Assembly (NCBI RefSeq): GCF_000196355.1 | Contig: NC_007614.1 | Location: 1,980,001-2,012,000, forward strand | Direction: 5' to 3' | Source: Nitrosospira multiformis ATCC 25196 | Lineage (GTDB): Bacteria; Pseudomonadota; Gammaproteobacteria; Burkholderiales; Nitrosomonadaceae | DNA: 32,000 bases | In this document: in pieces, positions 1 through 9,316 of the stretch | How positions within the stretch are numbered: the stretch's first letter is position 1 | Layout: each line of letters opens with the position of its first letter | The notes under the pieces: model-generated | Databases searched by the model: none | Told to the model about the DNA's origin: nothing | The model's input: only the letters and a program-made list of their open reading frames with translations | Position numbers and translations under genes: made by a program

Positions 1-1101
1 GCCGACAACCCATCCTTGCGCGTCAGGACGCTCCTTGACCAGCATCCGCAATGTCCGGATGAACGTTTTGATATCCTTGATCGGCACCACGCGCCCGACC
101 AGTCCCAGCACCGGTGGAATCTTTTCCGGTCTTTTTTCGAGTGCGTCGCGATAGCGTTCCACATTGAGGCCGTTGGTAATGATACGTGTTTTTTCCGGGA
201 CTGCTCCGTCGGCAATCTGTCTCAACCGATTCCCTTCATACAGGCTGATAATGGGCGAAGCCTGCGCGTACGCCATGCGCCCCAGCTGCTCGTAGAATCT
301 GATCCAGAGGCCCCGGATATATCCCATTTCCTCATGCAGCGTATTGCATACATCGTCATTGTGATCATGGATCCAGGTAGCCTGCGCCAAGTCGATTTTC
401 CGCTCCTTGGTATAGATTCCGTGCTCGGTGAGCACGAAAGGAATGTTTCGCCGCAGCCGTATCATCGCGCCCAGCAGGCCTGCATAACCAGTCGAAATGG
501 CATGCACTGCCCGAACCGGTGGAAGCCCGGTCGCAATATCGGCCAGCACGAACAAAGGTGCATGCATTGCACGTATCGACCAGAAATAGTCCACAAACGA
601 GGGTTCAGTACAGCGCTCTTTATACTGTCGGGTAATGTAATCCCAGGAAGCTTCGCTATACAGAAAATCCTCCTGACTGATGCCACCCTTGGAGCCCAAT
701 CGCGCAAACGCATCAATCATTTTCCTGTCAGCCAATTTCCCGGATTGCCGCATGATGGCGTGCAGTTCTTCCATTTCCTGGAAAGGCTGGCGGCTGCCCT
801 TGCGGGCATGCGGCTTCCCATGGCTGCGGTGCAACAGATAGTGCGTTTCGACATGCGTCACATTCGGCGGAAACTGATATTGCGCCGGTCCATACATTTC
901 CTTATTGCCGCCTATAAAGATCACGGCGAAGGTAAATTCCGGCAAACCGTTTATGATCTGGTGGACCCATGAAGATACCCCGCCACGGACATAAGGATAG
1001 GTGCCTTCCAGCAGCAGAGCAATATCCGCCACCGGTTCCAGAACCGATCCTGCTGCCCGTACCGTCCAGGGCTTCTCCGCCCCTGCCTGGATAACACTCA
1101 T
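1..1101 (-). CDS. pelF: PelF-type GT4 glycosyltransferase (Pel exopolysaccharide synthesis), first 367 codons; 3' end lies beyond the window edge
   Basis: Absent from the ORF track because it has no stop in the window. Reverse-strand translation from ATG at 1101 stays open to base 1: MSVIQAGAEKPWTVRAAGSVLEPVADIALLLEGTYPYVRGGVSSWVHQIINGLPEFTFAVIFIGGNK... The LLLEGTxPYVRGGVSSW block is the N-terminal PelF signature as I remember it, and the later ...PVLGLVGRVVPIKDIKTFI... is GT4-like. ATGA overlap with the pelE stop (1098-1101). Confidence 0.85.
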   Translation of the reverse strand, partial: MSVIQAGAEKPWTVRAAGSVLEPVADIALLLEGTYPYVRGGVSSWVHQIINGLPEFTFAVIFIGGNKEMYGPAQYQFPPNVTHVETHYLLHRSHGKPHARKGSRQPFQEMEELHAIMRQSGKLADRKMIDAFARLGSKGGISQEDFLYSEASWDYITRQYKERCTEPSFVDYFWSIRAMHAPLFVLADIATGLPPVRAVHAISTGYAGLLGAMIRLRRNIPFVLTEHGIYTKERKIDLAQATWIHDHNDDVCNTLHEEMGYIRGLWIRFYEQLGRMAYAQASPIISLYEGNRLRQIADGAVPEKTRIITNGLNVERYRDALEKRPEKIPPVLGLVGRVVPIKDIKTFIRTLRMLVKERPDAQGWVVG

Positions 1102-2240
1102 TTATTCCACCATGCTCTTACCAGAGCCAGTTCCCGCCCTTTCTCCCCAACACGTGCAAGCGCGGACAAACAGGCCTTTGCTTCGGTAAACTTCCGCTGC
1201 CGGAAAGCGATTTCGGCAAACCATGGCAACAGTTGTTGCTGATCCGCGCCATGGGTTTGTGCGTTGACAAAAGCCTTTCTCGCCAGGGCGGCTTCACCTG
1301 ATTCCAATAAAATCCGACCATACAACAACCAACTGTCGGCGTTCACGCTCCCGGATAGAGAGGACGCTTCACCCATCTCATGCTTGGGCGACGCCAGAGA
1401 GGCTTCGGATGCAGCACGCACAGAAGCCGATACAGATGCAGAGGGAACGTCGCGCCGCGTAATCGATGGCGAGCCCAATACGACCTCCATTTGTGTGCGG
1501 GCGTTTTTCAGCCAGTGCTGTCTGACAGCACCCTGTACCAGCTTGTGATATACCAGTTCCCAGCATAGCGCAGCGATCGTCTTGCGGCAGGCATTCTGTG
1601 CTCGTGGAGGAAGGTGTGGCAGCGCTTCGGTTAAAGCCAGGACGCGGTCAGTGAGCCTCTTTTCATGGGCATCCTTCATCGCATAGGCAAGCAGCCTTAC
1701 GTCATCGATCGGGTCGCGAGTAGCCTTCGACCAGATCTCCATGGCTTCTCTCGGCGACATATGCCGTGTTGCCATCACCGCTTTCAACCGCTTGAGCGAG
1801 CGCTGGGCAAAATGGACGATCTGGCGCAGGGCTCCCTGGCTGTAAGGGGGAACAGGGAAAATGACAGGGGGTGAAAAAGGCAGCTCAGGCAGGATTATGA
1901 TCTTTACATTCTTCGCGGAACGGGTCCGGGGCTGTTTCAATGCACGTGTTATGCTCCACAGCACGCCCAGCGCCCCGAAAACCGGCAGAATCCATAGAAA
2001 GGCAAACAGCAATCCCAGACTTCTACGGGGAGGAAGCTTGTAGCGGCGCGGCAGCGCCTGCCAGAACATGCGCGCAAGGTAATACGATGAAGCAGAGTGA
2101 AATACAGCCGCCATAAACAGCAGCGCGCCTTCCTGCCAATCTGCAAGCGCGTCATCCGCACTCAACCAGACCAGGAGAACGGCTACTACTTCAGCAGTCA
2201 CTCCCGAGAATGCAAGCAAGCGATACATGCGACGCATCAC
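1098..2240 (-). CDS. pelE: PelE-like inner-membrane TPR protein
   Basis: 380-aa ORF with N-terminal hydrophobic helices, then LPRRYKLPPRRSLGLLFAFLWILPVFGALG and the DDVRLLAY motif that I recall from P. aeruginosa PelE. The C-terminus is TPR-like. Position between pelD and pelF fits. Start is GTG 2240 or ATG 2237, and both overlap the pelD stop. Confidence 0.75.
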   Translation of the reverse strand: MMRRMYRLLAFSGVTAEVVAVLLVWLSADDALADWQEGALLFMAAVFHSASSYYLARMFWQALPRRYKLPPRRSLGLLFAFLWILPVFGALGVLWSITRALKQPRTRSAKNVKIIILPELPFSPPVIFPVPPYSQGALRQIVHFAQRSLKRLKAVMATRHMSPREAMEIWSKATRDPIDDVRLLAYAMKDAHEKRLTDRVLALTEALPHLPPRAQNACRKTIAALCWELVYHKLVQGAVRQHWLKNARTQMEVVLGSPSITRRDVPSASVSASVRAASEASLASPKHEMGEASSLSGSVNADSWLLYGRILLESGEAALARKAFVNAQTHGADQQQLLPWFAEIAFRQRKFTEAKACLSALARVGEKGRELALVRAWWNK

Positions 2241-3508
2241 CCCTGCTCCAGGGAACGGATCCTTTGCGGATCAATTTCATTGATAGACATCCATTCCTGC
2301 GCGGTTGTTGCGGGAATATCGGCTACTCGCTGCGCCCATGCCCGTGCCCCAGTAATATCCGTCAGTGGCAACATCGCCCAGACGACATACTGATCCTTTT
2401 CACGCGCAAGGCAGATAAAGTCGATGGCACGAATCGAAAACCGCAGCTTTTCGTGAACGCTCCGCACCTCCTCCGGATTTCCGGATAATCTCAGGAGCAC
2501 GGTATCGAGCTTGAAGCGCGAAAAATCCTGATATGCCCGTTCAAATGAAGCAATAAACCGACGAACCGATGGCCTCGCAGTTCCAAAGCGGAGATGGTCC
2601 ACGCCGTGGGCCACCAGCACCGCGATAAGTTTGAGATTGCTTTCATGAAACGAAAAAAAAGGCATGGAACGCACTGCCAGCACGGCATTTATTTCGCCGA
2701 CGGAGTCGGTTAAAGGTACCACAGCCAGAAGCTGGGCCTGGTCCATCTCTGATTCCTGCAGAAGATTCAACGTGGCCAGTTCGCCGCTGTCGAGCGCCAT
2801 TCTCAGCACTGGATCAGTCACATCGATGGGAAAGCGCTCTCCCACACAGGCCAGAACGTTGGAAGTATCAATGCGGTCGGCAGTAATCCCGATGATGCAG
2901 GCCTGAGTCAATGCACCATATTCCGCCACAAATTCAATAAGCTTTTGCAGCGAGCTTTCCGTCATTCCATCGATGGCGTCCAGCGTGGATTGAAGGTGCA
3001 TGATGCCTTCACGCAGGGAAAAGCCACTGTTGGCAACGGTCTGTTCGAGACGGTCATGCGAGAGGCGCAATAACTGGTAACTGCGCGTGAATTCCTCAAG
3101 ACGCTCGGCGCGGTATTGATACGCGCCCTCCAGCCGGTGCAGGCGACGCCCCCACATGTCACGAAACTCCCCTGCCACCATCGCCACCACCACCACGCCT
3201 ATCGCCCAAGGCAGCGGAAAGCTCTTCGCGGCCTGCCATTGCTGGTCGATGGCGACGCCAAGGACTGCGAGTGTCAGCAGCGCGCTGACAAAACCAAAGA
3301 CAAACCCGTACCGTAATCCCGCGAGCAGGGGTGCCAGCACTGCCCAGGGGAATCCGCCACTCAATCGGAAAGGATCCGCCTGCTGGGTAATGAATGATGC
3401 CGCAATTACAACAGCAGTTATAACGAATGTTTCAAACCAGCCGCCCCACGCAGATACGGGGGTGTTTACATCGACAACCTCTATACCTTCCAGCCAGGGT
3501 TTCTTCAT
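2237..3508 (-). CDS. pelD: PelD-like c-di-GMP receptor (TM + GAF + degenerate GGDEF)
   Basis: 423-aa ORF with about four N-terminal hydrophobic segments (FETFVITAVVIAASFI, FPWAVLAPLLAGL, GFVFGFVSALLTLAVLGVAI, LPWAIGVVVVAMVAG) followed by a soluble domain. RAID (residues 360-363, bases 2420-2431) sits close to where P. aeruginosa PelD has its RxxD c-di-GMP I-site (R367/D370). ATGA overlap with the upstream gene at 3505-3508. Confidence 0.8.
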   Translation of the reverse strand: MKKPWLEGIEVVDVNTPVSAWGGWFETFVITAVVIAASFITQQADPFRLSGGFPWAVLAPLLAGLRYGFVFGFVSALLTLAVLGVAIDQQWQAAKSFPLPWAIGVVVVAMVAGEFRDMWGRRLHRLEGAYQYRAERLEEFTRSYQLLRLSHDRLEQTVANSGFSLREGIMHLQSTLDAIDGMTESSLQKLIEFVAEYGALTQACIIGITADRIDTSNVLACVGERFPIDVTDPVLRMALDSGELATLNLLQESEMDQAQLLAVVPLTDSVGEINAVLAVRSMPFFSFHESNLKLIAVLVAHGVDHLRFGTARPSVRRFIASFERAYQDFSRFKLDTVLLRLSGNPEEVRSVHEKLRFSIRAIDFICLAREKDQYVVWAMLPLTDITGARAWAQRVADIPATTAQEWMSINEIDPQRIRSLEQG

Positions 3509-6207
3509 CGCTTTGCAGGTTCACTGTTTACAGGAAATTCCCGAATCTTGGTCAGCGTCTCGCGGCAGATATCCAGTTCCGTTGCCAAATCGCTCGGGTT
3601 GGGCTCCGGTTCGCCGGCCAACCACCGATTCGCGCGATCCACATCGTCTATGGATAAGGGGAGCATGTCCGGATGTGATGCGGCCGCCGGTTGACGCTTC
3701 AGGTGATCCGAAATAAGCGCCAACTGCCGCTCCACTTCACGCTCATTCCTGTTCCTGACTGCCTTTGCAAAATCTTTCCATTGTGACAGCTCAAGCCGTT
3801 CCACCTCTCTACGCAATGCGAAATAGTCGGCATTATCCAGTTTTCCTCCAAAGCCCCATTGGTCCCGAATCGACTGTAATTCCTCCTGTTTCTTTGCATC
3901 CTCGGTACCCTCCCTTTTGGGAGGAAGATACTTTGATCCGAAAAAGTATTCGGCGAGGCGTGACGGATATTTCACTTCGATCCGGGAATTCTGCCTTGAA
4001 GCGAACATTTCGAGCGCCTGGAAACGGGCATAGTTGGCGTGAGCGGGGCACCCCGCCCATTCCATATTATCCGCCAGGGCCAATATCCAGAGAAAATCCC
4101 CCGCCCGGGTCGAAAGCGATCGCAAAAACCAGGCGGCTGCCTGAACCGGCCTGCCCAAACCTTGCTCCGCTGCCGCCAAGGCTTCGGCCAAGGCCGGATT
4201 AACCGTGGACTGACTGGCTGTCTGGGCACGATAGGGCGCAACGACGGAATCAAGCAGTACACGATCAATTTTCTCGTATGCCAGCAATAGCCAGATCATG
4301 GCTTCGGTGACTTCCGGATCTGCGGCCTGTAATTTCAGGATCTCCTGCAGCGCCCCACGTGCAGCGCTTTGCTCCCCATGCGCCATTCTGCGCATCGACT
4401 GGAAATACCAGTAATCCCGCGCCTGCGCTGCGGAAGGAAGTTTTTCCGCAACCTCGAGCCACTGATCCAGTTCATCCCAATTCCGCCGCTTCCAGGAAAA
4501 ACGCATCAGGCGCTGCAAATCCTCGATCCGCTTCAATCTTTCCCACCCATAGCGCGCAAGCCGCTCGCTTTTTTTCTCATCGTGATGGCGCAGGGCCAGA
4601 CGTTGCAGGTTTTCCAGAATTTCCACGTCGTTCGACCGAAGAGCCAATGCTTTTTCGTAGGCTTGACCGGCGTACGCATCCTGTCCCAGTTGCGTGGAAA
4701 CTTTCGCCAGCAGCAACCAGTATTCTTCCGCAGAAGCGGGAGGCGGCGAGTCGATGTCCCGAAGCAGCAACTGAAAGCTCTTTTGCGTGTTGCCGGCTTC
4801 CTCATATAGCCTTGCCAATGCAAGCCTCTGACGCCCATCCTGTATTTCCGGCATATCTTCATATAACGTGAGCGCCGCATCCGGTTTGCCCTGAAGAACA
4901 AGAACCTCCACCAATGCGTTAAGGATGGGGGGAGGATTGCCGAATCGTTCCGCGTGACGTCGCAACTGTTTTTCCACACGCGACGGCTGGGCAACGGCGA
5001 GACCCGCTTTGACATAAGCATCCGCTTCGGTAGTCGTCAGCTTGCGGCGGGACATGACTGCCTCAAGAAGCTGCACAATCGCCTCGTTATCCGGTTTTGC
5101 CTGAGCCAATGCAAAGGCCCGGGTTTCAGCCTCTTCATCAGCCTTATGGCGCGCAAAAGACAACCACAAGGCGAGCGCTTCATCGGGTTGACCATTCCAG
5201 TCATATAAATGGGCAAGCAGTCGCTGACGCTCACTTCCAGGAATCAGAGAAGCGCGCAGCATGGGTGCCCGGGCAAGGCCTTCGCTAAGGAGCCCCATCG
5301 AAACCTGCAACCGGACAACACGTTCCGCAAGCCTCTGATCCGCAGGCAGATGTGCGCTTGCCTGCTCCAGCCAAACCAATGCATGATCGCGGTCACCCAT
5401 CGGCTGGGCAACGTCCGCCGCCAGGAGCAGCAGCTGCGCGTCCGCGTTGGAGGAGCTATAAGCGGAAAGGATCTGCATCGCGGCTTTCAAGGCCTCCCGG
5501 TCGACTCCCGCCTGGAGATAGGCGCCTAAACAGGCTTTCGCCAATTCGGTTTTCTTCCGGGCTATTCGTTCGAAAGTGAAAGCCCGGCAGAAATTTTGTG
5601 CTGCAGCTCTGGGTTGTGCGGCTGCAAGCCGTTGTTTGGCAGCAAAAGCAAGCCAGCGCGATTTTGTCTGCCGGGTTTCATTCTGCATGCCAGCCAACTG
5701 CTCGAAAGTTTCCGCTACGACCGAGGGTTCGCCAAACTGCTCTGCCAGCAACACCACCTGGTTCGACTCTTTGTCATTGTCCGCCAGGCGCAACAATAAG
5801 GGGACCAGTTCTCCGATACGCCTTCGCAGTGATGCCTCGACATCCCGGGGAGGATGTCGGTAAAGCTGCTGCAGCGCCAGCTTCAACTCTGCCAGGCGAA
5901 TCTCGTAAGTCAACCCTGACTCGGGAGCATTCTGCAGAGGTTCCATGGCAAGGACAGCTTCATCGGTCATGCCCGCTTCCGTCAGTACCTGTACGAACGA
6001 CAGGCGTAGCGGAGCGTTACCCGGATCGGACTGCACGAGAACACGAAGATAAGCGACCGACAAAGCATCTTTTGCTGACAGGTTGGCGGGATCCCTGAAG
6101 GCGGGCTGACGCGGAAACAATATCCAGAAGGCAATGAGAACCACCGCGCTCATGAACAGCAACGCGGGTGCGTTTAGCAGAGATTCGCGTTGCGTTTCAA
6201 CACTCAA
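3505..6207 (-). CDS. pelB: PelB-like membrane-anchored TPR scaffold protein, apparently lacking the C-terminal porin domain
   Basis: 900-aa ORF with one N-terminal TM helix (ALLFMSAVVLIAFWILF), then hundreds of residues of Ala/Leu-rich TPR-like repeats. It follows pelA as in pel operons. The longest ORF starts at TTG 6207; ATG at 6153 is an alternative. The C-terminal ~200 aa are charged and helical, not beta-barrel-like. Confidence 0.65.
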   Translation of the reverse strand: MSVETQRESLLNAPALLFMSAVVLIAFWILFPRQPAFRDPANLSAKDALSVAYLRVLVQSDPGNAPLRLSFVQVLTEAGMTDEAVLAMEPLQNAPESGLTYEIRLAELKLALQQLYRHPPRDVEASLRRRIGELVPLLLRLADNDKESNQVVLLAEQFGEPSVVAETFEQLAGMQNETRQTKSRWLAFAAKQRLAAAQPRAAAQNFCRAFTFERIARKKTELAKACLGAYLQAGVDREALKAAMQILSAYSSSNADAQLLLLAADVAQPMGDRDHALVWLEQASAHLPADQRLAERVVRLQVSMGLLSEGLARAPMLRASLIPGSERQRLLAHLYDWNGQPDEALALWLSFARHKADEEAETRAFALAQAKPDNEAIVQLLEAVMSRRKLTTTEADAYVKAGLAVAQPSRVEKQLRRHAERFGNPPPILNALVEVLVLQGKPDAALTLYEDMPEIQDGRQRLALARLYEEAGNTQKSFQLLLRDIDSPPPASAEEYWLLLAKVSTQLGQDAYAGQAYEKALALRSNDVEILENLQRLALRHHDEKKSERLARYGWERLKRIEDLQRLMRFSWKRRNWDELDQWLEVAEKLPSAAQARDYWYFQSMRRMAHGEQSAARGALQEILKLQAADPEVTEAMIWLLLAYEKIDRVLLDSVVAPYRAQTASQSTVNPALAEALAAAEQGLGRPVQAAAWFLRSLSTRAGDFLWILALADNMEWAGCPAHANYARFQALEMFASRQNSRIEVKYPSRLAEYFFGSKYLPPKREGTEDAKKQEELQSIRDQWGFGGKLDNADYFALRREVERLELSQWKDFAKAVRNRNEREVERQLALISDHLKRQPAAASHPDMLPLSIDDVDRANRWLAGEPEPNPSDLATELDICRETLTKIREFPVNSEPAKR

Positions 6208-9205
6208 GCCGGAATTTTCCCGCTGTCAGGTTTCCTGGAACTGTATAAACGGAATGTGCACCCTTCACCTGCGGTATCAACTTTGTGTCATTTATGCTCA
6301 AGGCGCAGGAAGCGGGAGCCGTGACGGTCAGGGGCGCCAAACGGCCGCCCGATTCAAATAAAAGCGTGGCGGAACCATCATTGTTGATATGCCAGGATTT
6401 AAGGGGGGCACTCGCCTCGATCAATCTCAGTCCCGGATTTCCGTTCCGTTTACCTTGAGCGGCTTTCAGGATTGCGTGATTCCGAGCGAGGTGGATGTAG
6501 CGGTTGTCGTTGCGATCATTATATCCAACTACATCGCTGGAGATTTCCGGCGTCATTTCGGTCGGGGGCAACCGCACTGTTCTGAGGGTATCCCCGAAAA
6601 GAGACCAATTGCCGTCGAGATCGCGTGCGATGCTTGCCGTCTGGAACGCACGCACGCGAGTGACATATTCATCGACCCAGATGCCGAGCACATTTTCCTT
6701 CCGCTGCGCCCCCGCCATCTGCTCCAGAAGCTCCCTCCCCCGTTCGTTCAGGAACGCATCGGCATGAATCGATATGGACGAAACACGCAACCGGCGTGCA
6801 AGGTCGAGCTCCCGGTTCCATTCGCCAACCTTACCAAAATTCAGGGCTTCGCCGTACCAGAGCTGCGCGAACAGAGGTTCGGCAATCAGCGGCGTCATCA
6901 CCTGAATACCCCATTCTGTCGGACGAAGTGCGGGATCAAGGTCTGCAAGCGATATCTGTCCACTCTGCCAATGCAGCCCCCCTCCGCCATAATGCGGCAG
7001 CCCGGCTTTCTGCGCGGCGGCCAGCACTGCGGGCCCTGGCTTGCCATCCCCAGACCAGATCAATAACGGAGGGGAATCCGGTGCCATCGTACGCAGGAAT
7101 GGAAGAGTGCCACCTGTTTCGCGCGTCATTTCCGCCGCGTAATCCTTCATGAATACGCTGTATCGGTAGGATTGTTGATCCGCGTCTGTCTTACCTTCGA
7201 ACACCCCCCAATAAAAAGGGTGACTGTAGGTATGGCTTGCCAGACGAACTTGGGGCAAACTGGCCACCTGGCGCAGCTTGCTCTGCTGCTCTTCGGTGGC
7301 TACTTCCGCTTCAATGACACCCAATGTTATCGGCAGCGGATTTTTTTCCATCCAGCCCCTGAGCCGGTCGATTGCCTCCACACCCTGCTCATCCTTTGCA
7401 AACAGGCGATCTCCCCTCACCTCGATAATCTCCAGGCGCCGCCCGTTTTCCGTTGTCATGTCAAATACCGGCTGCACCGGCAGACGCAACGCCGCCTGGA
7501 AAAAAACAAAAGGATCGAGCAGCCATTCGTGCCGCCCGGAGACGCTCTCACTCAGGATATGGGGATGTAACGCGTACCCGCCCCAGTTCGTCACCGCAAT
7601 CGGATGAAATATTTTGTCAGCACTGCTCAAGGTGAGCCATGCGTTATTGCGGTCTCGAACCCGTACATCGGGCGTGCCGCTGCCGATAACCGGAGCGGAC
7701 TCAGGGCGTCCCAGGCGATCATTCATGGCATCGAGTTTCAATATGCCGGTCGTCGGGTACAATTCACCCTGATAATCCAGCAGATTCCGGCACGCAACAC
7801 CTGCCGGCAGATAACCCATGAACACTATGGGCAGGTTCGCATTCGCTTCTGACTGCAGCCGTGCGCAGACACTCTCATACCGTTCGGTACCGTTCGCACT
7901 GTCCTCCCCCAGCCACGCGATAATCCCGGCATACCGCCCGACGAGCGGTTCAATCGGCAAGGGAAGCTGATCGATGTACCAATAGTCGAGCGCCAAGCCA
8001 AGATATTCGAGCGGCATGGCAGCATGCCGAAACAGATCATGCTCCATCTGCTGCGCGGGCGTTCCATTAACGATAGCCAGCAGTTTGCGGGGAGCCAGGC
8101 GTATTCGTCCCTGCCCCAGCCACGTCAGGTCTCCATTGGCCACCCAGGGCATGAATCCCAGCTTGAGAATGTCACGCGCCGTTTTTTCCGCCTCTACCCA
8201 GTTCCCCGGATCGACATAGTCGAGCACCGTAATGGGCACCTTGAATTCGTTTTGCGCCCGCACCAGCTGATCGAGCAGCCACTTTCTGTTTTCTTCCTTG
8301 GTTGGGGCGTGTTTACCGCTAACTGGGTCAAAACCATGAAAAAGAGATTCCGCCACCATACCATCGGCATACTGGCTGGCCCGGTCCAGTACTTCGAAGC
8401 CCCGGTTGAGAATGAGCTTGCATCCTGGAAAACGCTGCTTGACTTCCGCGAGCAATGAAACCAGTCCTTTTTCCTGCTCTTCGCGTTGTTTGCCTTCCGG
8501 CGTCACGATCAGGTAACTGTCCACTGTATCGAGAAAAAAGGCGCGGTAACCGTCACGCCACAAGCGTTCGAAGTGCTGCTTCAGCAGGTATTCGCGCCAG
8601 GCAGGATCGGTCATGTCCATTACCAGGCTGTTCCAGGCAGGGTTGACGCCTATCGACCAGTCCGTATCGATACGCGCCATATCTTCGCTGTTGCGGGCGA
8701 TTTCACCAAACGAGACATAGGCGAAGACGAGTGAAGAGTCCAGATTCAACAGCGCTGTTTTCTCATGCGGCAGAATCTGGCTTGGCTGGATGACGATCTG
8801 GTCGAAATGGCGCAGATCTTCGACAGGGGGCCTGCTGCCATAGTAAAACACAATATCGCGTTTCTCCAGCTCCAGGCCGTCTGAGTGGGCCGCTGATGCC
8901 ATCAGCATCAGCATCAGTAACAGAAGCAGTTGCCAGATGCCTGAACAGAGCGACGATGCTTCGCTCCGGATCGCACCGGAAAAATGGAACAGGAAGCGGA
9001 ATCCTGATGGTTGAGGCAGGTTGTCGCGGATGCCGCCATGATCTTTGCGACCTTTACAGATACGCAGCCCCCCCCTGTCTCCGATGTCAGTGGCGGGAAT
9101 AATGGGATTGGGTGTGGCAGTTTGCAAAACTTGTCGAGATATCCTTTCTGCTCCGGAAGCCAGTGGGGCGCACCGGAACGCATTTTGTATTAAGGTGCTT
9201 CGCAA
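6197..9205 (-). CDS. pelA: PelA-like bifunctional Pel polysaccharide hydrolase/deacetylase
   Basis: The ~1000-aa ORF is the right size for PelA. The N-terminal region is like a TIM-barrel polysaccharide hydrolase (FAYVSFGEI..., GYRAFFLDTVDSY, LILNRGFEVL). The CE4-type deacetylase His motif HTYSHP lies in the C-terminal half. The start is uncertain: 9205 is a TTG, the only other in-frame TTG is codon 27, and the first in-frame ATGs (8914/8908/8902) lie inside the hydrophobic LLLLLMLMLMASAAHS signal-like stretch. Confidence 0.8.
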   Translation of the reverse strand: MRSTLIQNAFRCAPLASGAERISRQVLQTATPNPIIPATDIGDRGGLRICKGRKDHGGIRDNLPQPSGFRFLFHFSGAIRSEASSLCSGIWQLLLLLMLMLMASAAHSDGLELEKRDIVFYYGSRPPVEDLRHFDQIVIQPSQILPHEKTALLNLDSSLVFAYVSFGEIARNSEDMARIDTDWSIGVNPAWNSLVMDMTDPAWREYLLKQHFERLWRDGYRAFFLDTVDSYLIVTPEGKQREEQEKGLVSLLAEVKQRFPGCKLILNRGFEVLDRASQYADGMVAESLFHGFDPVSGKHAPTKEENRKWLLDQLVRAQNEFKVPITVLDYVDPGNWVEAEKTARDILKLGFMPWVANGDLTWLGQGRIRLAPRKLLAIVNGTPAQQMEHDLFRHAAMPLEYLGLALDYWYIDQLPLPIEPLVGRYAGIIAWLGEDSANGTERYESVCARLQSEANANLPIVFMGYLPAGVACRNLLDYQGELYPTTGILKLDAMNDRLGRPESAPVIGSGTPDVRVRDRNNAWLTLSSADKIFHPIAVTNWGGYALHPHILSESVSGRHEWLLDPFVFFQAALRLPVQPVFDMTTENGRRLEIIEVRGDRLFAKDEQGVEAIDRLRGWMEKNPLPITLGVIEAEVATEEQQSKLRQVASLPQVRLASHTYSHPFYWGVFEGKTDADQQSYRYSVFMKDYAAEMTRETGGTLPFLRTMAPDSPPLLIWSGDGKPGPAVLAAAQKAGLPHYGGGGLHWQSGQISLADLDPALRPTEWGIQVMTPLIAEPLFAQLWYGEALNFGKVGEWNRELDLARRLRVSSISIHADAFLNERGRELLEQMAGAQRKENVLGIWVDEYVTRVRAFQTASIARDLDGNWSLFGDTLRTVRLPPTEMTPEISSDVVGYNDRNDNRYIHLARNHAILKAAQGKRNGNPGLRLIEASAPLKSWHINNDGSATLLFESGGRLAPLTVTAPASCALSINDTKLIPQVKGAHSVYTVPGNLTAGKFRLEC

Positions 9206-9316
9206 GGTAACAGGAAATGTTCTTTCTGCGTGGTTTTTTGACGGGGAGTTCGGATCTCATCAAGAGACATGCTGCTATTTGATAATGACAAAATCGGACA
9301 CATACTTTTTTACTCT

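Noticed and set aside
16-972. 318-aa plus-strand ORF at the left edge
   Set aside because: It is antisense shadow of pelF. It starts at TTG and its composition is odd (Arg/His/Cys/Phe-rich). The reverse strand gives a clean PelF/GT4 sequence over the same bases.
2653-2660. A8/T8 homopolymer inside pelD as a slipped-strand phase-variation switch
   Set aside because: Eight bases is short for contingency loci. It simply encodes the Phe-Phe of MPFFSF in frame, and no other evidence points to phase variation.
8902-9205. The ~100-aa N-terminal extension of the pelA ORF as a distinct domain or separate small gene
   Set aside because: The extension depends on a TTG start and has no recognisable features. 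More likely it is 5' UTR/promoter region, with the true start nearer the hydrophobic signal-like segment. This cannot be resolved from sequence alone.
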